This document shows positions 37,821-49,032 of a DNA stretch of 64,000 nucleotides, one piece after another. The stretch covers positions 2,752,001 to 2,816,000 of the forward strand of contig OY762492.1 of NCBI GenBank assembly GCA_963665845.2. Reading direction: 5' to 3'. Numbering within the stretch: the first letter of the stretch is position 1; each line of letters starts with the position of its first letter. This stretch comes from Candidatus Poribacteria bacterium. Its GTDB lineage: Bacteria; Poribacteria; WGA-4E; GCA-2687025. The notes beneath the pieces are model-generated. The model had not been told where the DNA came from. It worked only from the letters and a program-made list of their open reading frames with translations, and did no database searches. The position numbers and the translations under genes are program-made.

Positions 37821-40232
37821 ATGCGTTTCAGCGTCGATTGGCTCCGAGAGTATGTGCAAACGGAACGCCCGCCGGAAGAGTTAGCCGCCCAGCTCACCAT
37901 GCTGGGGGTTGAAGTGGAGCGCGTTTTTCCGTTTAGCGCGCCCATGCCGACCCTCGCCGCCGGGCGCATCGAATCGATGTCGCCGCATCCGAACGCGAAA
38001 AACCTGTCGCTGTGCCTCGTCAACGCGGGCGCGGAGCCGGCGCAGGTCGTCTGCGGCGCGCCCAACGCGCGCCCAGGCATCACGGCGCCGTTCGCGCCCG
38101 TCGGCTCAACGCTCCCGAACGGCGGCGCCATCCGCGCGGCGGACATACGCGGCGAAACCTCCCACGGCATGCTCTGCTCCGAAAAAGAGCTGGGCATTTC
38201 CGACGACGCCGATGGACTCATGGAACTCCAAAACGCCCCGCCGGGAACGCTCCTGTCCGAGCCTCTCGGAATGAACGACATCATCATGGATGTCAGCGTC
38301 ACCCCGAACCGCCCCGACTGTTTGAGCGTCACCGGCATCGCGCGGGAAATCGCCGCAAGCGATCGGCTCTCGCTCATAACGCCGACTGGGCGGCTGACCG
38401 AAACGGATCCGCCCGTTGAGCAACGCGCCGCGGTGGAGATCCATGACCCTGACCTTTGTCCGCGGTATGCCGCGCGGGCGGTACTGAATGTGCGCGTCGG
38501 CCCCTCGCCCATGTGGATGCAGCGGCGCCTTCGCAGCGCCGGCATGCGCCCCATCAACAACATCGTTGATGCCACCAACTTCGTTCTCATGGAGACGGGG
38601 CATCCGCTTCATGCCTTCGATCTGGCTTTGCTGTCGGAAAACCGCATCGTTGTGCGGCGCGCGCGTCAGGATGAAACGCTCCTCACCCTAGACGGCAAGG
38701 AACGCGCCTTGAATGAGAACATGCTTGTCATCGCCGACGCTGAAAAAGCGGTCGCGCTGGCGGGAGTCATGGGCGGCGCCGACTCTGAAGTGAGCGGAAA
38801 CACAACCGACATCCTTCTTGAAAGCGCCTATTTCGACCCTGTCAACGTGCGGCGAACCTCCAAGGCGCTCGGCTTGCAAACGGAGGCGTCCTACCGCTTT
38901 GAACGCGGCGCGGACCCTGAAGCGGCTCCGCGCGCTCTCGACCGAACGGCGCAGCTGATCGCCGAAATCGCCGGCGGAACCGTCTGCAAAGGAATCATTG
39001 ATTGCCATCCGAAGCCGGCGCAGCCTGTACGCATACGTTTACGGCAGAAACGGGCAAACGCGCTCCTGGGAGCCGATATATCAACCGAGGAGATGCGCGG
39101 CATCTTGACGCGGCTGGGGTTTCAGGTGTCCGGCGAAGAGCCGCTCGAAGCGGTCGCGCCGACCTTCCGCCCCGACATCGAACGCGAGGTTGACCTCATC
39201 GAAGAGGCGGCGCGCGTGTACGGATACGACAAGATACCCGCCACGCTGCCGCTCGAAACCGCCTCGCCGAAGCGGAACGAGGAACTTGCCCTGCATCTGC
39301 GCGTCGGCGGCATCATGCGCAGGCACGGACTCAACGAAGCGGTCAACATGGCATGGCTTCCGAAAGACGCGCTGGACGCGATACGCCTGTCCGATGACGA
39401 CCCGCGCCGCCGGCAGATCGCCTTGAAAAACCCGATGACGACCGACATGGCGGTCCTGCGCTCAACGCTGCTGCCGAGCCTCTTGGAGAACATCGCGCGA
39501 AACAGCAGGCGGCAGGTGAACCGAGCCAGGCTCTACGAACTGCAGCGCGTCTTCACGATCGACAAACGTAACGGCGAAGAAGAACCGCGCGAACGATGGG
39601 CGCTCGGCGGCGCCCTCTGGGGAGACGACCCGAATCGATGGACGGAGCCGACGCGCCCGCTCGATTTTTACGACGCGAAAGGCGTTGTGGAAACGCTTAT
39701 GGATGAACTCGGCATCGACAACTGGCGGCTAGAGCGGGGCGTTCACCCAGGTTTCCATCCGGGCAGGTCCGCCCAGCTTTTCATCGACGAAACCGCTGTC
39801 GGCGATCTGGGCGAGGCGCATCCCGACGTCATGGACGCATACGATTTGCCGGGGCGCGCCTATCTGTTTGAGATCGATATGGAAGCGGCTGCCGCCTTCG
39901 CCCAACTGGAGCGGCTGATGGAGCCGCTTCCGCAGTTCCCTGGCGCGGCGCGCGATCTCGCTGTCGTGGTGGATGAAGGGATTCCCGCCGAAGCCGTTCT
40001 CCGCGCCATCCATGATCTACCGCAAGAAAGCGCGGACGGAATCGCCCATTCCGCCCGTCTATTTGATCTGTACACCGGCGAAGGGGTCGGCGAGGGCAAA
40101 AAAAGTCTCGCGTTTGCGCTCTTTTTCCAAAAAAGCGGCGGCACCTTGACCGACCAAGAGATCGAAGAGGCGATGGAACGCATCCTGCAGACGCTGAAGC
40201 GGGAGCTGAACGCCGAACGGCGCGCCTCATGA
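37821..40232 (+). CDS. pheT: Phenylalanyl-tRNA synthetase beta subunit
   Basis: Motifs MRFSVDWLRE, VVCGAPN, TPNRPDCLS, RFERG, DLIEE and GKKSLA; 803 aa. Confidence 0.97.
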   Translation: MRFSVDWLREYVQTERPPEELAAQLTMLGVEVERVFPFSAPMPTLAAGRIESMSPHPNAKNLSLCLVNAGAEPAQVVCGAPNARPGITAPFAPVGSTLPNGGAIRAADIRGETSHGMLCSEKELGISDDADGLMELQNAPPGTLLSEPLGMNDIIMDVSVTPNRPDCLSVTGIAREIAASDRLSLITPTGRLTETDPPVEQRAAVEIHDPDLCPRYAARAVLNVRVGPSPMWMQRRLRSAGMRPINNIVDATNFVLMETGHPLHAFDLALLSENRIVVRRARQDETLLTLDGKERALNENMLVIADAEKAVALAGVMGGADSEVSGNTTDILLESAYFDPVNVRRTSKALGLQTEASYRFERGADPEAAPRALDRTAQLIAEIAGGTVCKGIIDCHPKPAQPVRIRLRQKRANALLGADISTEEMRGILTRLGFQVSGEEPLEAVAPTFRPDIEREVDLIEEAARVYGYDKIPATLPLETASPKRNEELALHLRVGGIMRRHGLNEAVNMAWLPKDALDAIRLSDDDPRRRQIALKNPMTTDMAVLRSTLLPSLLENIARNSRRQVNRARLYELQRVFTIDKRNGEEEPRERWALGGALWGDDPNRWTEPTRPLDFYDAKGVVETLMDELGIDNWRLERGVHPGFHPGRSAQLFIDETAVGDLGEAHPDVMDAYDLPGRAYLFEIDMEAAAAFAQLERLMEPLPQFPGAARDLAVVVDEGIPAEAVLRAIHDLPQESADGIAHSARLFDLYTGEGVGEGKKSLAFALFFQKSGGTLTDQEIEEAMERILQTLKRELNAERRAS

Positions 40233-41221
40233 ATGCAGACGCGATTCGCGCCTTAGGAGAAGAGATTCAGGAGGAGAGCCGCTATCTGCGCGATATGACC
40301 GCCGAAATGGAGCGCGTCATCGTCGGACAGCGCGGCATGGTGGAGGGGCTTCTGACAGGGCTGCTCGCGGACGGGCATATACTCCTGGAAGGCGTCCCAG
40401 GACTGGCAAAGACGACCGCTGTGAAGGCGCTGGCGGGCGCGGTTCAAACGCGGTTTCAACGCATTCAATTCACCCCTGACCTGCTCCCGGCGGACATCGT
40501 CGGCACCGTTATTTTTAACCAGAGCGACGGGACGTTTCGCGTCAAGAAGGGTCCGCTCTTTGCGAACATCGTTCTGGCGGATGAGATCAACCGCGCGCCC
40601 GCCAAGGCGCAGTCGGCTCTCTTGGAGGCGATGCAGGAGCGGCAGGCGACCATCGGCGAGGAGACCTTCCCGTTGCCGCGCCCGTTTCTGGCGCTGGCGA
40701 CGCAGAACCCGATCGAGTCGGAGGGGGCGTATCCGCTTCCGGAGGCGCAGCTGGACAGGTTCATGTTCAAACTGCGCGTGCCGTACCCGTCCAGAGAGGA
40801 AGAGATGCATATCTTAGAGCGCGAAACAGGCGAGGAACGGGCGGAGATACGTCCAGTCGCCTCAATGGAGCGGCTGCTGCAATCGCAGGCGACCGTAAGG
40901 CGCGTCTATATGGACGAGCGCATTCGGGAGTATATTGTCGACCTGATACGCGCGACGCGGGAGCCGTCGGCGGTCGGGCTTGAGCGGCTGGCGCCTCTCA
41001 TTGAGTACGGCGCGTCGCCGCGCGCGGCGATCTACCTCGCCCTCGCCTCCAAAGCGCGCGCCTATATGGAGGGGCGCGCCTATGTGATCCCAGAAGACGC
41101 GCAAGCGGCAGCTCCCGACACGCTGCGGCACCGCCTCATCCTGTCCTATGAAGCGGAGGCGGAGGAGGCGGAGCCTGATGAGATTTTAGAGCGGATCCTG
41201 CGCGCGGTTGAGGTACCATGA
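40229..41221 (+). CDS. MoxR-family AAA+ ATPase
   Basis: Motifs LEGVPGLAKT, RIQFTPDLLPAD, LADEINRA and ATQNPIE. Confidence 0.95.
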   Translation: MNADAIRALGEEIQEESRYLRDMTAEMERVIVGQRGMVEGLLTGLLADGHILLEGVPGLAKTTAVKALAGAVQTRFQRIQFTPDLLPADIVGTVIFNQSDGTFRVKKGPLFANIVLADEINRAPAKAQSALLEAMQERQATIGEETFPLPRPFLALATQNPIESEGAYPLPEAQLDRFMFKLRVPYPSREEEMHILERETGEERAEIRPVASMERLLQSQATVRRVYMDERIREYIVDLIRATREPSAVGLERLAPLIEYGASPRAAIYLALASKARAYMEGRAYVIPEDAQAAAPDTLRHRLILSYEAEAEEAEPDEILERILRAVEVP

Positions 41222-42081
41222 ATGAAGAGCGCGCCGTATCGTTGGAAACGCTGCGCAGCGTCCGGCGCATTGAGTTTGCCGCGCTCCGATTTGCGAATCA
41301 TCTCCACGCCGGCGATTACGCCAGCGTTTTTAAAGGGCAGGGCATCGAGTTTGCCGACGTCCGCCGATACGAATCGGGCGACGACGCCCGCGCCATCGAC
41401 TGGAACGTCACTGCCCGTCTCGGACAGCCCTACATCAAGCGGTATGTGGAGGAGCGGGAGGCGGTCGTCATGCTTCTCGCCGACGCAAGCGGATCGACGC
41501 GGGTCGGCTCGCGCGAGCTGAAAAGCCGCCTGTGCGCGGAGGTGTGCGCCGCGCTTGCGCTCGCGGCAGCCAAAAACAACGACAAGACGGGACTCATTCT
41601 TTTTACCGACCGGATCGAAAAACATATCCCCCCGCGCAAAGGGCGGCGCCATGCGCTCCGCATCGCCCGCGAAATGCTCACATGCCGACCGACAGGGAAC
41701 GGCACCGATCTGCGTCCGCCGCTGGAGCTGTTTGCCCGCGTCTGTCGACGGAGAAGCGCCGCGTTTCTGCTCAGCGATTTCTATGCGGACGGATACGAAG
41801 CGGCGCTGAAGGCAACCGCTTCGCGCCATCGAATTTTGGCGGTGGAGATACGCGATCCGCTGGAACGCGCCGTGCCGAAGGTCGGGTGGGTGCGCTGGAA
41901 AGACGCCGAGAGCGGTACCGTCAAAACATCCGCCCAGACGCGCCTGACAGCGCGCCAAGACCGAGAACGCGACGCGCTGTTCAAACGTCTGCGCATTGAC
42001 TGCGCCCGTCTGGAAACGGGACGCTCATTTGTTGAGCCGCTTCTCGGTCTCTTCCGCCGAAGCGAACGGCGGAGAACATAG
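41218..42081 (+). CDS. DUF58 family protein (MoxR partner)
   Basis: FKGQGIEFADVRRYESGDDARAIDWNVTAR; LSDF. Confidence 0.92.
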   Translation: MNEERAVSLETLRSVRRIEFAALRFANHLHAGDYASVFKGQGIEFADVRRYESGDDARAIDWNVTARLGQPYIKRYVEEREAVVMLLADASGSTRVGSRELKSRLCAEVCAALALAAAKNNDKTGLILFTDRIEKHIPPRKGRRHALRIAREMLTCRPTGNGTDLRPPLELFARVCRRRSAAFLLSDFYADGYEAALKATASRHRILAVEIRDPLERAVPKVGWVRWKDAESGTVKTSAQTRLTARQDRERDALFKRLRIDCARLETGRSFVEPLLGLFRRSERRRT

Positions 42082-42094
42082 CGCGCCTCTCATC

Positions 42095-42120
42095 GTCATT
42101 CCCGCTTGCGCGGGAATGAC
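42095..42120. terminator. Isolated dRS3-like hairpin between convergent genes (possible terminator or stabiliser)
   Basis: GTCATTCCCGC-TTGC-GCGGGAATGAC, a perfect 11-bp stem with no U-tract. Confidence 0.45.
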
Positions 42121-42140
42121 AACACCCGAAAGCGGGTGGG

Positions 42141-44745
42141 CTAGGGGCGGCTTGAAACGCGGTTGAAATCCCAGAGCAGCATGGAGCCGTCTAGGCTTCC
42201 GCTCACGAGCCGCTGTCCGTCCGACGAAAACGCGGCGCCCATGACAATTTTCCCATGTCCTTTGATCTTATGGACAAGCTCGTGTGTCTTGATGTCCCAC
42301 ATCCAAATCGTCTGGTGGAAGCTGGCGGCGAGAGTCTGTCCGTCTGGGTTGAACGCTAGGGAAGTGATCCCGTCGTAATCCCCCCAATCCGTTTTGCCCT
42401 CCAATGGATAGGTTTGGAGAAGCGCGCCTGTGGACGCATCCAAAAGGGCTACGGCTTGTCCAAAGGTTCCAACGGCGATCGTCTTTTGATCAGGCGAGTA
42501 CGCGACGCTTCTTAACGAACCCTGCTGCGGGTTGATTGTTTTGAGCATCGTTCCCGTACGGACATCCCAGATGCGCAGCGTCCCCGAGCTGACGGTCGCG
42601 GCATTTTTTCCGTCCGGCGAAAACGCCGCGCCGCTGACGACATGCGCATGCCCTTCGAGCGTATGGAGATGCGTACCTGCGCGGGCGTCCCAGATGCGCG
42701 CCGTTTTGTCATCGCTGCCGCTGATAAGATATTGTCCGTCCGGCGAATACGCGACGATATTGACCCTGTCCCCATGACCTTCTAGTAGATGCAGCAGCGC
42801 GCCCGTCTTTATATCCCAAATCTGCGCGTCGTATGAGCCGCCGGCAATTGTTTTTCCGTCCGGCGAATAGGCGACCGTATTGACTGTCCATGTGATGACT
42901 CTCGATGCGTCGATGAATTTTCTAAGAAGCGCGCCGGTACGGGCGTCCCATACCTTGACCGCGCTGCTTTCTGCGCTGGCAATTGTTTTTCCGTCCGGGG
43001 AATACGCGACCGCATAGACTTCGCTATAGAAGCCGCTTGCATAGCCTCGTATCGTTCGCAGCTTCTTTCCCGTCCAGACATCCCAGATATGAATCAAGCC
43101 GTCCATACTTAAGCTTGCAAGTTTATTCCCGTCCGGAAAATAGGCGACATTCCAAACGTCGCTCTTCCCCGTCTCAATTTTGAGGAGAAGGCTGCCTGTG
43201 AAAGCGTCCCAAATCCGTATCTCTTCGCCGCCGCCCGTTGCGATGAACTGCCCGTTCGGAGAATACGCGGCGTCGTTGACTCGCATGCCCTTTTCCCCAA
43301 TGGAGAAAAGAAACGATTTGGCGTCAACATCCCATATGCGTACTGTTCTGTCCTTAATGTCGCCCACGCTTGCAAGCGTCCGCCCGTCCGGCGAGAACTC
43401 CATAGACTCAACCTGATCGGCATGCCCCCGAAGCGTATGCAGCGACTCCGCCTTCTGAACATCCCATAGTTCTATGCCGTTGTTTCGCATTCCAGAGGCG
43501 AGGATGGTTCCGTCCGGACTAAAGGCGATCGCCATGGACGCGATCCGTCCATTCATTGAGCGCTCACTAGATTTGAGCTTCTTGATCAGCGCGCCTGTGC
43601 GGGCGTCCCATAGCCGTACGTACCGTTGAAAAGAGGCATGTCCGGCGCTGGCGATGACGGCGCCGTCCAGCGAATAGATCACATGGTCGTCGCTATATTC
43701 GCGCCGAGGAAAGGTATCGTCTTTGAGCGTTCGCAGCTTCTTGCCTGTGCGAACATCCCAAATCCAAATCAAGCTGCCCCATCCTTTCTGACCTACAGTT
43801 GCGATGGAGCTGCCTGTCTGGAGAAAACGCGGCGGACCGCATTTCATAAGCGTCTATCCGCAGCAGCGCGGTTTCTTTTCCTGTTTCCGCGTCATGAAGC
43901 CAGACGCCCGCGCCGCCGGAGGAGGCGAGCGTCTTGCCGTCCGGCGAAATGGCGATATGCCGCGCATTTCCTTTCCCGAACCGAGCGACTGCCCCCTCCG
44001 GCAGATTCCATTGAGAAAGCGCGCGATACTTCTCCGCGCGGACGATCCGCCCCTCCGCCTGCTCCATCAGCGGCTTCAACGCGCTTGACGGAACGGCATA
44101 ACTGGTCAGTTTGCCGTCCAAAAAGGCTTGGCTCGCGATCCCTACCGCTTCGCCTTGTTTGTTGAAAACGGGCGCGCCGAGGATGTCGAGCGGTAGCGCC
44201 GGCGCCTCGATGATCGTCTCGCCGCGGGAACCTGTCCGCGTCTTGCTGAACTCCGCCTTTGAGACCTTGATCTTCCCCTTTTCTCCGATGGCGGCGGCGT
44301 AAAGCGGGTCGCCCGCTTGAAGCGCGCCGATCTCCCCAAGCGGCAGAGCGGGGGCGTCATGCGTTGAGACGCGCAGAATCGCCAGATTCCGCTCATCGTC
44401 TATCGCGGCGATCGATTCAACAGAATGGATACGGTCGTCTCCCGCGAGGCGCAAGTAAAGACGCGGCAGATGGCCGACGAGGCGGTAATCGACCGCAATC
44501 AGCCCGTCTCCGACCGCAAAGCCTGTTCCGACAAATTTTGGAAAGACTCTGTTGTTTAAGATCTGCGCCGTCGATGAACGCGCCTTTTTGGAGATACGCG
44601 CTTTGGTTCCGCATCCGAATGCGCAGACGGCGAGAAGCGCCGCGGCGATCCATAGAAGCGGGAAGATTCGGCGGTTGTTCATTAAACGCGCTCCTGTGCA
44701 GGCTGCATGCAAGGGCATTTTAAGGCGGATGAGGGTCGGCGTCAA
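42141..44745 (-). pseudogene. Lipoprotein with degenerate trypsin-like domain plus WD40 repeats, split by a +1 frameshift near 43815
   Basis: ORFs 43693..44745 and 42141..43847 join as AAFSPD-GSSIATVG if the base at 43815 is removed; many (A/E)(Y/F)SPDG..(L/I)AS..WD repeats. Confidence 0.82.
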
Positions 44746-44818
44746 GAGATCAAATCATTGCCTCAACAAGTTTTTGGCGTTATCATATGCAGCGTAAGCA
44801 AATCTTGCTGACGGAGAT

Positions 44819-45868
44819 ATGATGAAAACGCGCGCCCCGCTTTTGCTGATCAGTTTGTTTCTCCTTTCCGCCGCCGCTTTTGGCGGCGACTCGCGCGAAG
44901 GGTTTTATGTTCGTTTGGGTCTGGGACCGAGCTGGTTTGAGGAGATCAAACAGGAACGCGAAATGCCCGACTTTCCTGCGCTGCCGTACGGCTCGCCTGA
45001 GATGAACCGCTATCAGCGGCTGAACGTCGAAGAGGGCGGCTTGGGCGAGGCGTCCGTAGGCTACAGCTTCGGCAATCAACGATTCGAACTGATGTTTTCC
45101 GGCGCCCAGGCGAATCTATGGAGCGACGGCGGCGTTGTCTACTATGAGGGCGCTCCGCTCGCTGACAGCAATTCCGACAGCCCGTACGAACACAACTCGG
45201 ACAGCCCGCCGTACGAACACAACTCGGACAGCCCGCCGTACGAACACAACTCTGACAGCCCGCCGTACGGATACGGGAACTGGTCTTCCTACACCTACTT
45301 TGAAGACCTGACGATTCATACGTTGTCGCTCAACTTTTACTACGATTTTCCGTCCAAGCGGAGCCGCGTCGTTCCGTATCTCGGCTATGGAGCCGGCGCC
45401 GCGTTTGTCGATATTCCAGGGCGTCAACATGTTTCATGGAACGGCCCTTGGTACGGCGACGAGCCGACGCCGGAGCCGATGCCGACAGAGCCTCCTTATG
45501 ACGACAACGGCAACGACAGCGGCAACAGCAGCGAGGGCGACGGCAGCGGCGACAACGGCGGCGACTATCGAGACGATCCGCCGCCGACGCAACCAGGCTG
45601 GCCCACCCCTTACTACGCTGATCGGGCGATTGACCTGTCAGGCGCTTCCTTTATGAGCGCGTTCTACGGCGGCGTCGAATACCGCATCGTTTCAGACCTC
45701 TATTTAGGCTTTCGCCTAGGATACGTCTATATCGGCGATGTAGAAACCGAGGATGAGCGGTACGACGACCGATTTCCGTTCGGCGGATTTCGCGGCGGCA
45801 GAGATATGGAGATCAGCGGACTCAGTCATTGGTCGGCGGTTTTGACGCTTCGGCTGCTGCGTTTGTAG
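44819..45868 (+). CDS. Outer-membrane beta-barrel protein (OmpA/opacity-porin-like) with repeat-expanded loops
   Basis: Signal peptide; GFYVRLGLG, SVGYSFG, LNFYYDF, PYLGYGAG. Confidence 0.78.
   Translation: MMKTRAPLLLISLFLLSAAAFGGDSREGFYVRLGLGPSWFEEIKQEREMPDFPALPYGSPEMNRYQRLNVEEGGLGEASVGYSFGNQRFELMFSGAQANLWSDGGVVYYEGAPLADSNSDSPYEHNSDSPPYEHNSDSPPYEHNSDSPPYGYGNWSSYTYFEDLTIHTLSLNFYYDFPSKRSRVVPYLGYGAGAAFVDIPGRQHVSWNGPWYGDEPTPEPMPTEPPYDDNGNDSGNSSEGDGSGDNGGDYRDDPPPTQPGWPTPYYADRAIDLSGASFMSAFYGGVEYRIVSDLYLGFRLGYVYIGDVETEDERYDDRFPFGGFRGGRDMEISGLSHWSAVLTLRLLRL
45182..45268 (+). repeat. In-frame 27-bp VNTR (YEHNSDSPP x3)
   Basis: CCGTACGAACACAACTCGGACAGCCCG repeated three times. Confidence 0.92.
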
Positions 45869-45899
45869 CTTTCAGCGCATGTGAAAAGGGAGTTCTGGC

Positions 45900-46415
45900 A
45901 TGTCTGAAAAAGAGAGGCCTGTTCGCATGGAGCCGCTGGCGATGCGCCATGCTCCAGAAATTCAGCGTTATGTCTCCGACCCTGCCATACCCGCCATGAT
46001 GGATAATATCCCGCATCCGTACCCGCCCGACGGCGCGGCAGAGTATATTCGCCGGAACATGCGCCGTCAGGCGGAAGGAAAATCTTGGACATACGCGGCG
46101 ATGGTCGGGTCGGATCTGGTCGGAGTATGCTCCATTCGTTTGGAAGACGAAAACGTTCCGGTTCTGGGATACTGGATCGGAAAGCCGTTTTGGGGGCGCG
46201 GTTACGGCTCTGCGGCGGCGAAGCTTGCGCTGAAACGCTTTTTCTCGGAGACCGACTATCGCGCAGTCTGGGCGGCAAGCCATGCGCGCAATCCCGCCTC
46301 GATCCGCATACTGGAAAAATGCGGCTTTCAGCGAATCGAGGCAGAAGAGAGCGCCTTTCGATCAGGGCATGATCCAAGCGTCTATTTCAAGCTGGAGCGG
46401 GACTGGTTCGTCTGA
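45900..46415 (+). CDS. GNAT N-acetyltransferase (RimJ/RimL family)
   Basis: LGYWIGKPFWGRGYG; NPASIRILEKCGF. Confidence 0.92.
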   Translation: MSEKERPVRMEPLAMRHAPEIQRYVSDPAIPAMMDNIPHPYPPDGAAEYIRRNMRRQAEGKSWTYAAMVGSDLVGVCSIRLEDENVPVLGYWIGKPFWGRGYGSAAAKLALKRFFSETDYRAVWAASHARNPASIRILEKCGFQRIEAEESAFRSGHDPSVYFKLERDWFV

Positions 46416-46523
46416 ACCCGCTTTATTCGCGGCAATGGCGTTTGATCGGATGATGCGTCTTTTAAGATTCCCGCTTACGCGGGAATGACGACCAAATAAA
46501 TGTCTCCGCATGGGCGTACCGCC

Positions 46524-48446
46524 TTATTCTTCGTCCGCCTGCAGCTGCGCAAGGACGGAGATGTCCTCCAGCGTGTCGATGTTGCCGAGGCTAGGGTCGT
46601 TCGCGGCGACCTTCCGAAGCAGGCGGCGCATGATCTTTCCGCTGCGCGTTTTTGGCAGGGCGTCTGTGAAGCGTACCGTTTTCGGGCGCGCGAATCGTCC
46701 GATCTCTTTGGAGACCTGATCAACGATCTCTGCCTTGAGCGCGTCCGATTTTTCAACGCCGCCGATGAGCGTCACGAAGCAGACCAGCGCCTCCCCGGTG
46801 ATCTCGTCCGGCGTCCCGATGACGGCCGACTCGGCGACAGACGGATGGCCGACCAGCGCATGTTCAATTTCTGCCGTTCCGAGCCGATGTCCGGAGATGT
46901 TGACCACATCGTCCACCCGACCGAGTATCCAGAAGTAGCCGTCTTCGTCTTGCATGGCTCCGTCGCCGGCGAAATAGGCATGCGGCACCGTCTCCCAGTA
47001 CGATTCGCGGAACCTGTCAGGGTCGCCGTAGATGGTGCGCATCATGCCCGGCCAGGGATGCTGAACGACCAGAAGCCCCTGTTCGCCTTGCGGGACCGCC
47101 TCGCCCGTTTCGGTCACGATGGCGGGTTCAATGCCGAAGAAGGGAAGCGTCGCGCTGCCGGGCTTCGTTGAAACGGCGCCCGGCAACGGCGTTATCATGA
47201 TGCCGCCCGTTTCCGTTTGCCACCAGGTGTCGACGATGGGGCAGCGCTCCTTTCCGATGACGCGATGGTACCAGAGCCACGCTTCCGGGTTGATCGGTTC
47301 GCCGACGGTGCCGAGCAGCCGCAGGCTTGACAGGTCATGCCGGTTCGGGTATTCGTCCCCCTGTTTCAAAAAGGCGCGGATGGCGGTCGGCGCCGTGTAA
47401 AAAATGGAGACGCGGTGCCGCTCAACGATGTCCCAGAACCGCGCCCAGTCGGGATAGTTCGGCGCGCCTTCAAACATGAGCGCCGTTGCGCCGTTGGCGA
47501 GCGGCCCGTAGACGATATACGAATGCCCGGTGATCCATCCGATGTCGGCGGTGCACCAGTACACATCTTCGTCTTTCAGGTCGAACACATATTTGGTCGT
47601 GTGGGCGGCGTACACCATATATCCGCCGAGGGCATGGAGAACGCCTTTCGGCTTGCCGGTGGAGCCGGAGGTGTACAGAATAAAGAGCGGATGCTGCGCG
47701 TCCAGCGGCTCGGCGGGGCAGTCGGCGGAGGCGTCAGCGACGGCGTCGCTCCACCAGACGTCGACCTCGTCGTTCCATTCGATCTCATTGCCGCACCGCT
47801 TGAAGACGACGACGCGCTCAATGGTTGGGCATGCGTTGTCGGCGAGCGCTTCGTCAACCGCTTTTTTGAGCTCGATGACGCGCCCTCGGCGCCATCCGCC
47901 GTCGGCGGTGAGAACCGCTTTGCATTCGGCGTCGTTGACGCGGTCGCGTATCGCCTCGGCGCTGAATCCGCCAAAGATGACCGAATGCGTGACGCCGATG
48001 CGCGCGCATGCCAAGAGCGCGATCGCCAGTTCAGGAACCATCGGCATGTAGACGGCGACGCGGTCGCCTTTTTCGAGACCGAGGTTTTTGAGCGCGTTGG
48101 CGAATTTGCAGACTTCGCGGTGGAGCTGCAGGTAGGTGAGCGTTTGAGTGTCGCCCGGCTCCCCTTCAAAAATGATGGCGGCTTTGTTCTGCGTCGGCGT
48201 TCCGAGGAACCTGTCGAGGCAGTTGTAGGCGATATTCGTCTTCGCGCCGACAAACCATTCCACCCATGGCTCGTTCCATTTTTTGACGTCTGTCCATTTT
48301 TCGTGCCAATGAAACTGCTCGGCAACCTCCGCCCAGTAGGTTTCGGGGTCGGCGATGGAGCGCTCATAGACGCTTCGGTATTCGTCCAGGCTTTTGATAT
48401 GCGCGTTGCCGCTGAAGTTTTCGGGCGGGTCGAATCGCTGCGCCAT
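46524..48446 (-). CDS. acs: Acetyl-CoA synthetase
   Basis: Motifs [30 protein letters not shown] and [12 protein letters not shown]. Confidence 0.97.
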   Translation of the reverse strand: MAQRFDPPENFSGNAHIKSLDEYRSVYERSIADPETYWAEVAEQFHWHEKWTDVKKWNEPWVEWFVGAKTNIAYNCLDRFLGTPTQNKAAIIFEGEPGDTQTLTYLQLHREVCKFANALKNLGLEKGDRVAVYMPMVPELAIALLACARIGVTHSVIFGGFSAEAIRDRVNDAECKAVLTADGGWRRGRVIELKKAVDEALADNACPTIERVVVFKRCGNEIEWNDEVDVWWSDAVADASADCPAEPLDAQHPLFILYTSGSTGKPKGVLHALGGYMVYAAHTTKYVFDLKDEDVYWCTADIGWITGHSYIVYGPLANGATALMFEGAPNYPDWARFWDIVERHRVSIFYTAPTAIRAFLKQGDEYPNRHDLSSLRLLGTVGEPINPEAWLWYHRVIGKERCPIVDTWWQTETGGIMITPLPGAVSTKPGSATLPFFGIEPAIVTETGEAVPQGEQGLLVVQHPWPGMMRTIYGDPDRFRESYWETVPHAYFAGDGAMQDEDGYFWILGRVDDVVNISGHRLGTAEIEHALVGHPSVAESAVIGTPDEITGEALVCFVTLIGGVEKSDALKAEIVDQVSKEIGRFARPKTVRFTDALPKTRSGKIMRRLLRKVAANDPSLGNIDTLEDISVLAQLQADEE

Positions 48447-48549
48447 GCGGGTCGTCCTTTCTGAACGGTATCGGCTGTATGTCGGGAGGGATTATAGGGG
48501 AGATGGGCGGGGGGCGCAAGCGTTTTTGGATTTTCCCCGCCGTTTGCCT

Positions 48550-49032
48550 CTAAGAATTGAACGCGCGAGACAACGGATCGCCGCAGCGGAGAGTCCGCAC
48601 TTTTTCTCTGTATTTTCCTAAGATCACGCTCATTCTGCTCAGGATTTTCCGCTGATGTTTATCCATCTTGATGCAGGCAAACACTGGACGGAAGCGCACA
48701 TCATGGCTATTAAGCGCTTTGGGCGGGATCAGGCGTTTCGCGATGTCCGCTCCGCTTTGAAGCTGGCCGGCGATTTTGGACGCTTTGCCGTTGCCGACTT
48801 TAAACTCCATTGGCGCAACCCAAACCTCATTAGCGGAAGGCTCGCTGATGAAGAGGTAGTCGCATTTTTCGTCGGCTTCGCTGTAGCCGGGCGATTGTTT
48901 ATGCTCTGTATCGATGATAAGGCGGTTGCCGCTCATGCCGTCAAGAGAGACGCTGCATTTATCCTTGCTGCAGCTCGTTGCGACGCATGCGTCCGGCGTC
49001 TTTTTACGGGCGGCTTTCAGGACGCAGCTCAT
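48550..49032 (-). CDS. Small basic PD-(D/E)XK-like protein, partner of the upstream ATPase
   Basis: ATGA overlap with the ATPase stop; CDYLFI...PMEFKVG...QLQSG. Confidence 0.68.
   Translation of the reverse strand: MSCVLKAARKKTPDACVATSCSKDKCSVSLDGMSGNRLIIDTEHKQSPGYSEADEKCDYLFISEPSANEVWVAPMEFKVGNGKASKIAGQLQSGADIAKRLIPPKALNSHDVRFRPVFACIKMDKHQRKILSRMSVILGKYREKVRTLRCGDPLSRAFNS

Noticed and set aside
42095-42120. Integron attC sites among the intergenic palindromes
   Set aside because: No RYYYAAC/GTTRRRY core pairs, no integron integrase, and the flanking genes are housekeeping genes rather than cassettes.
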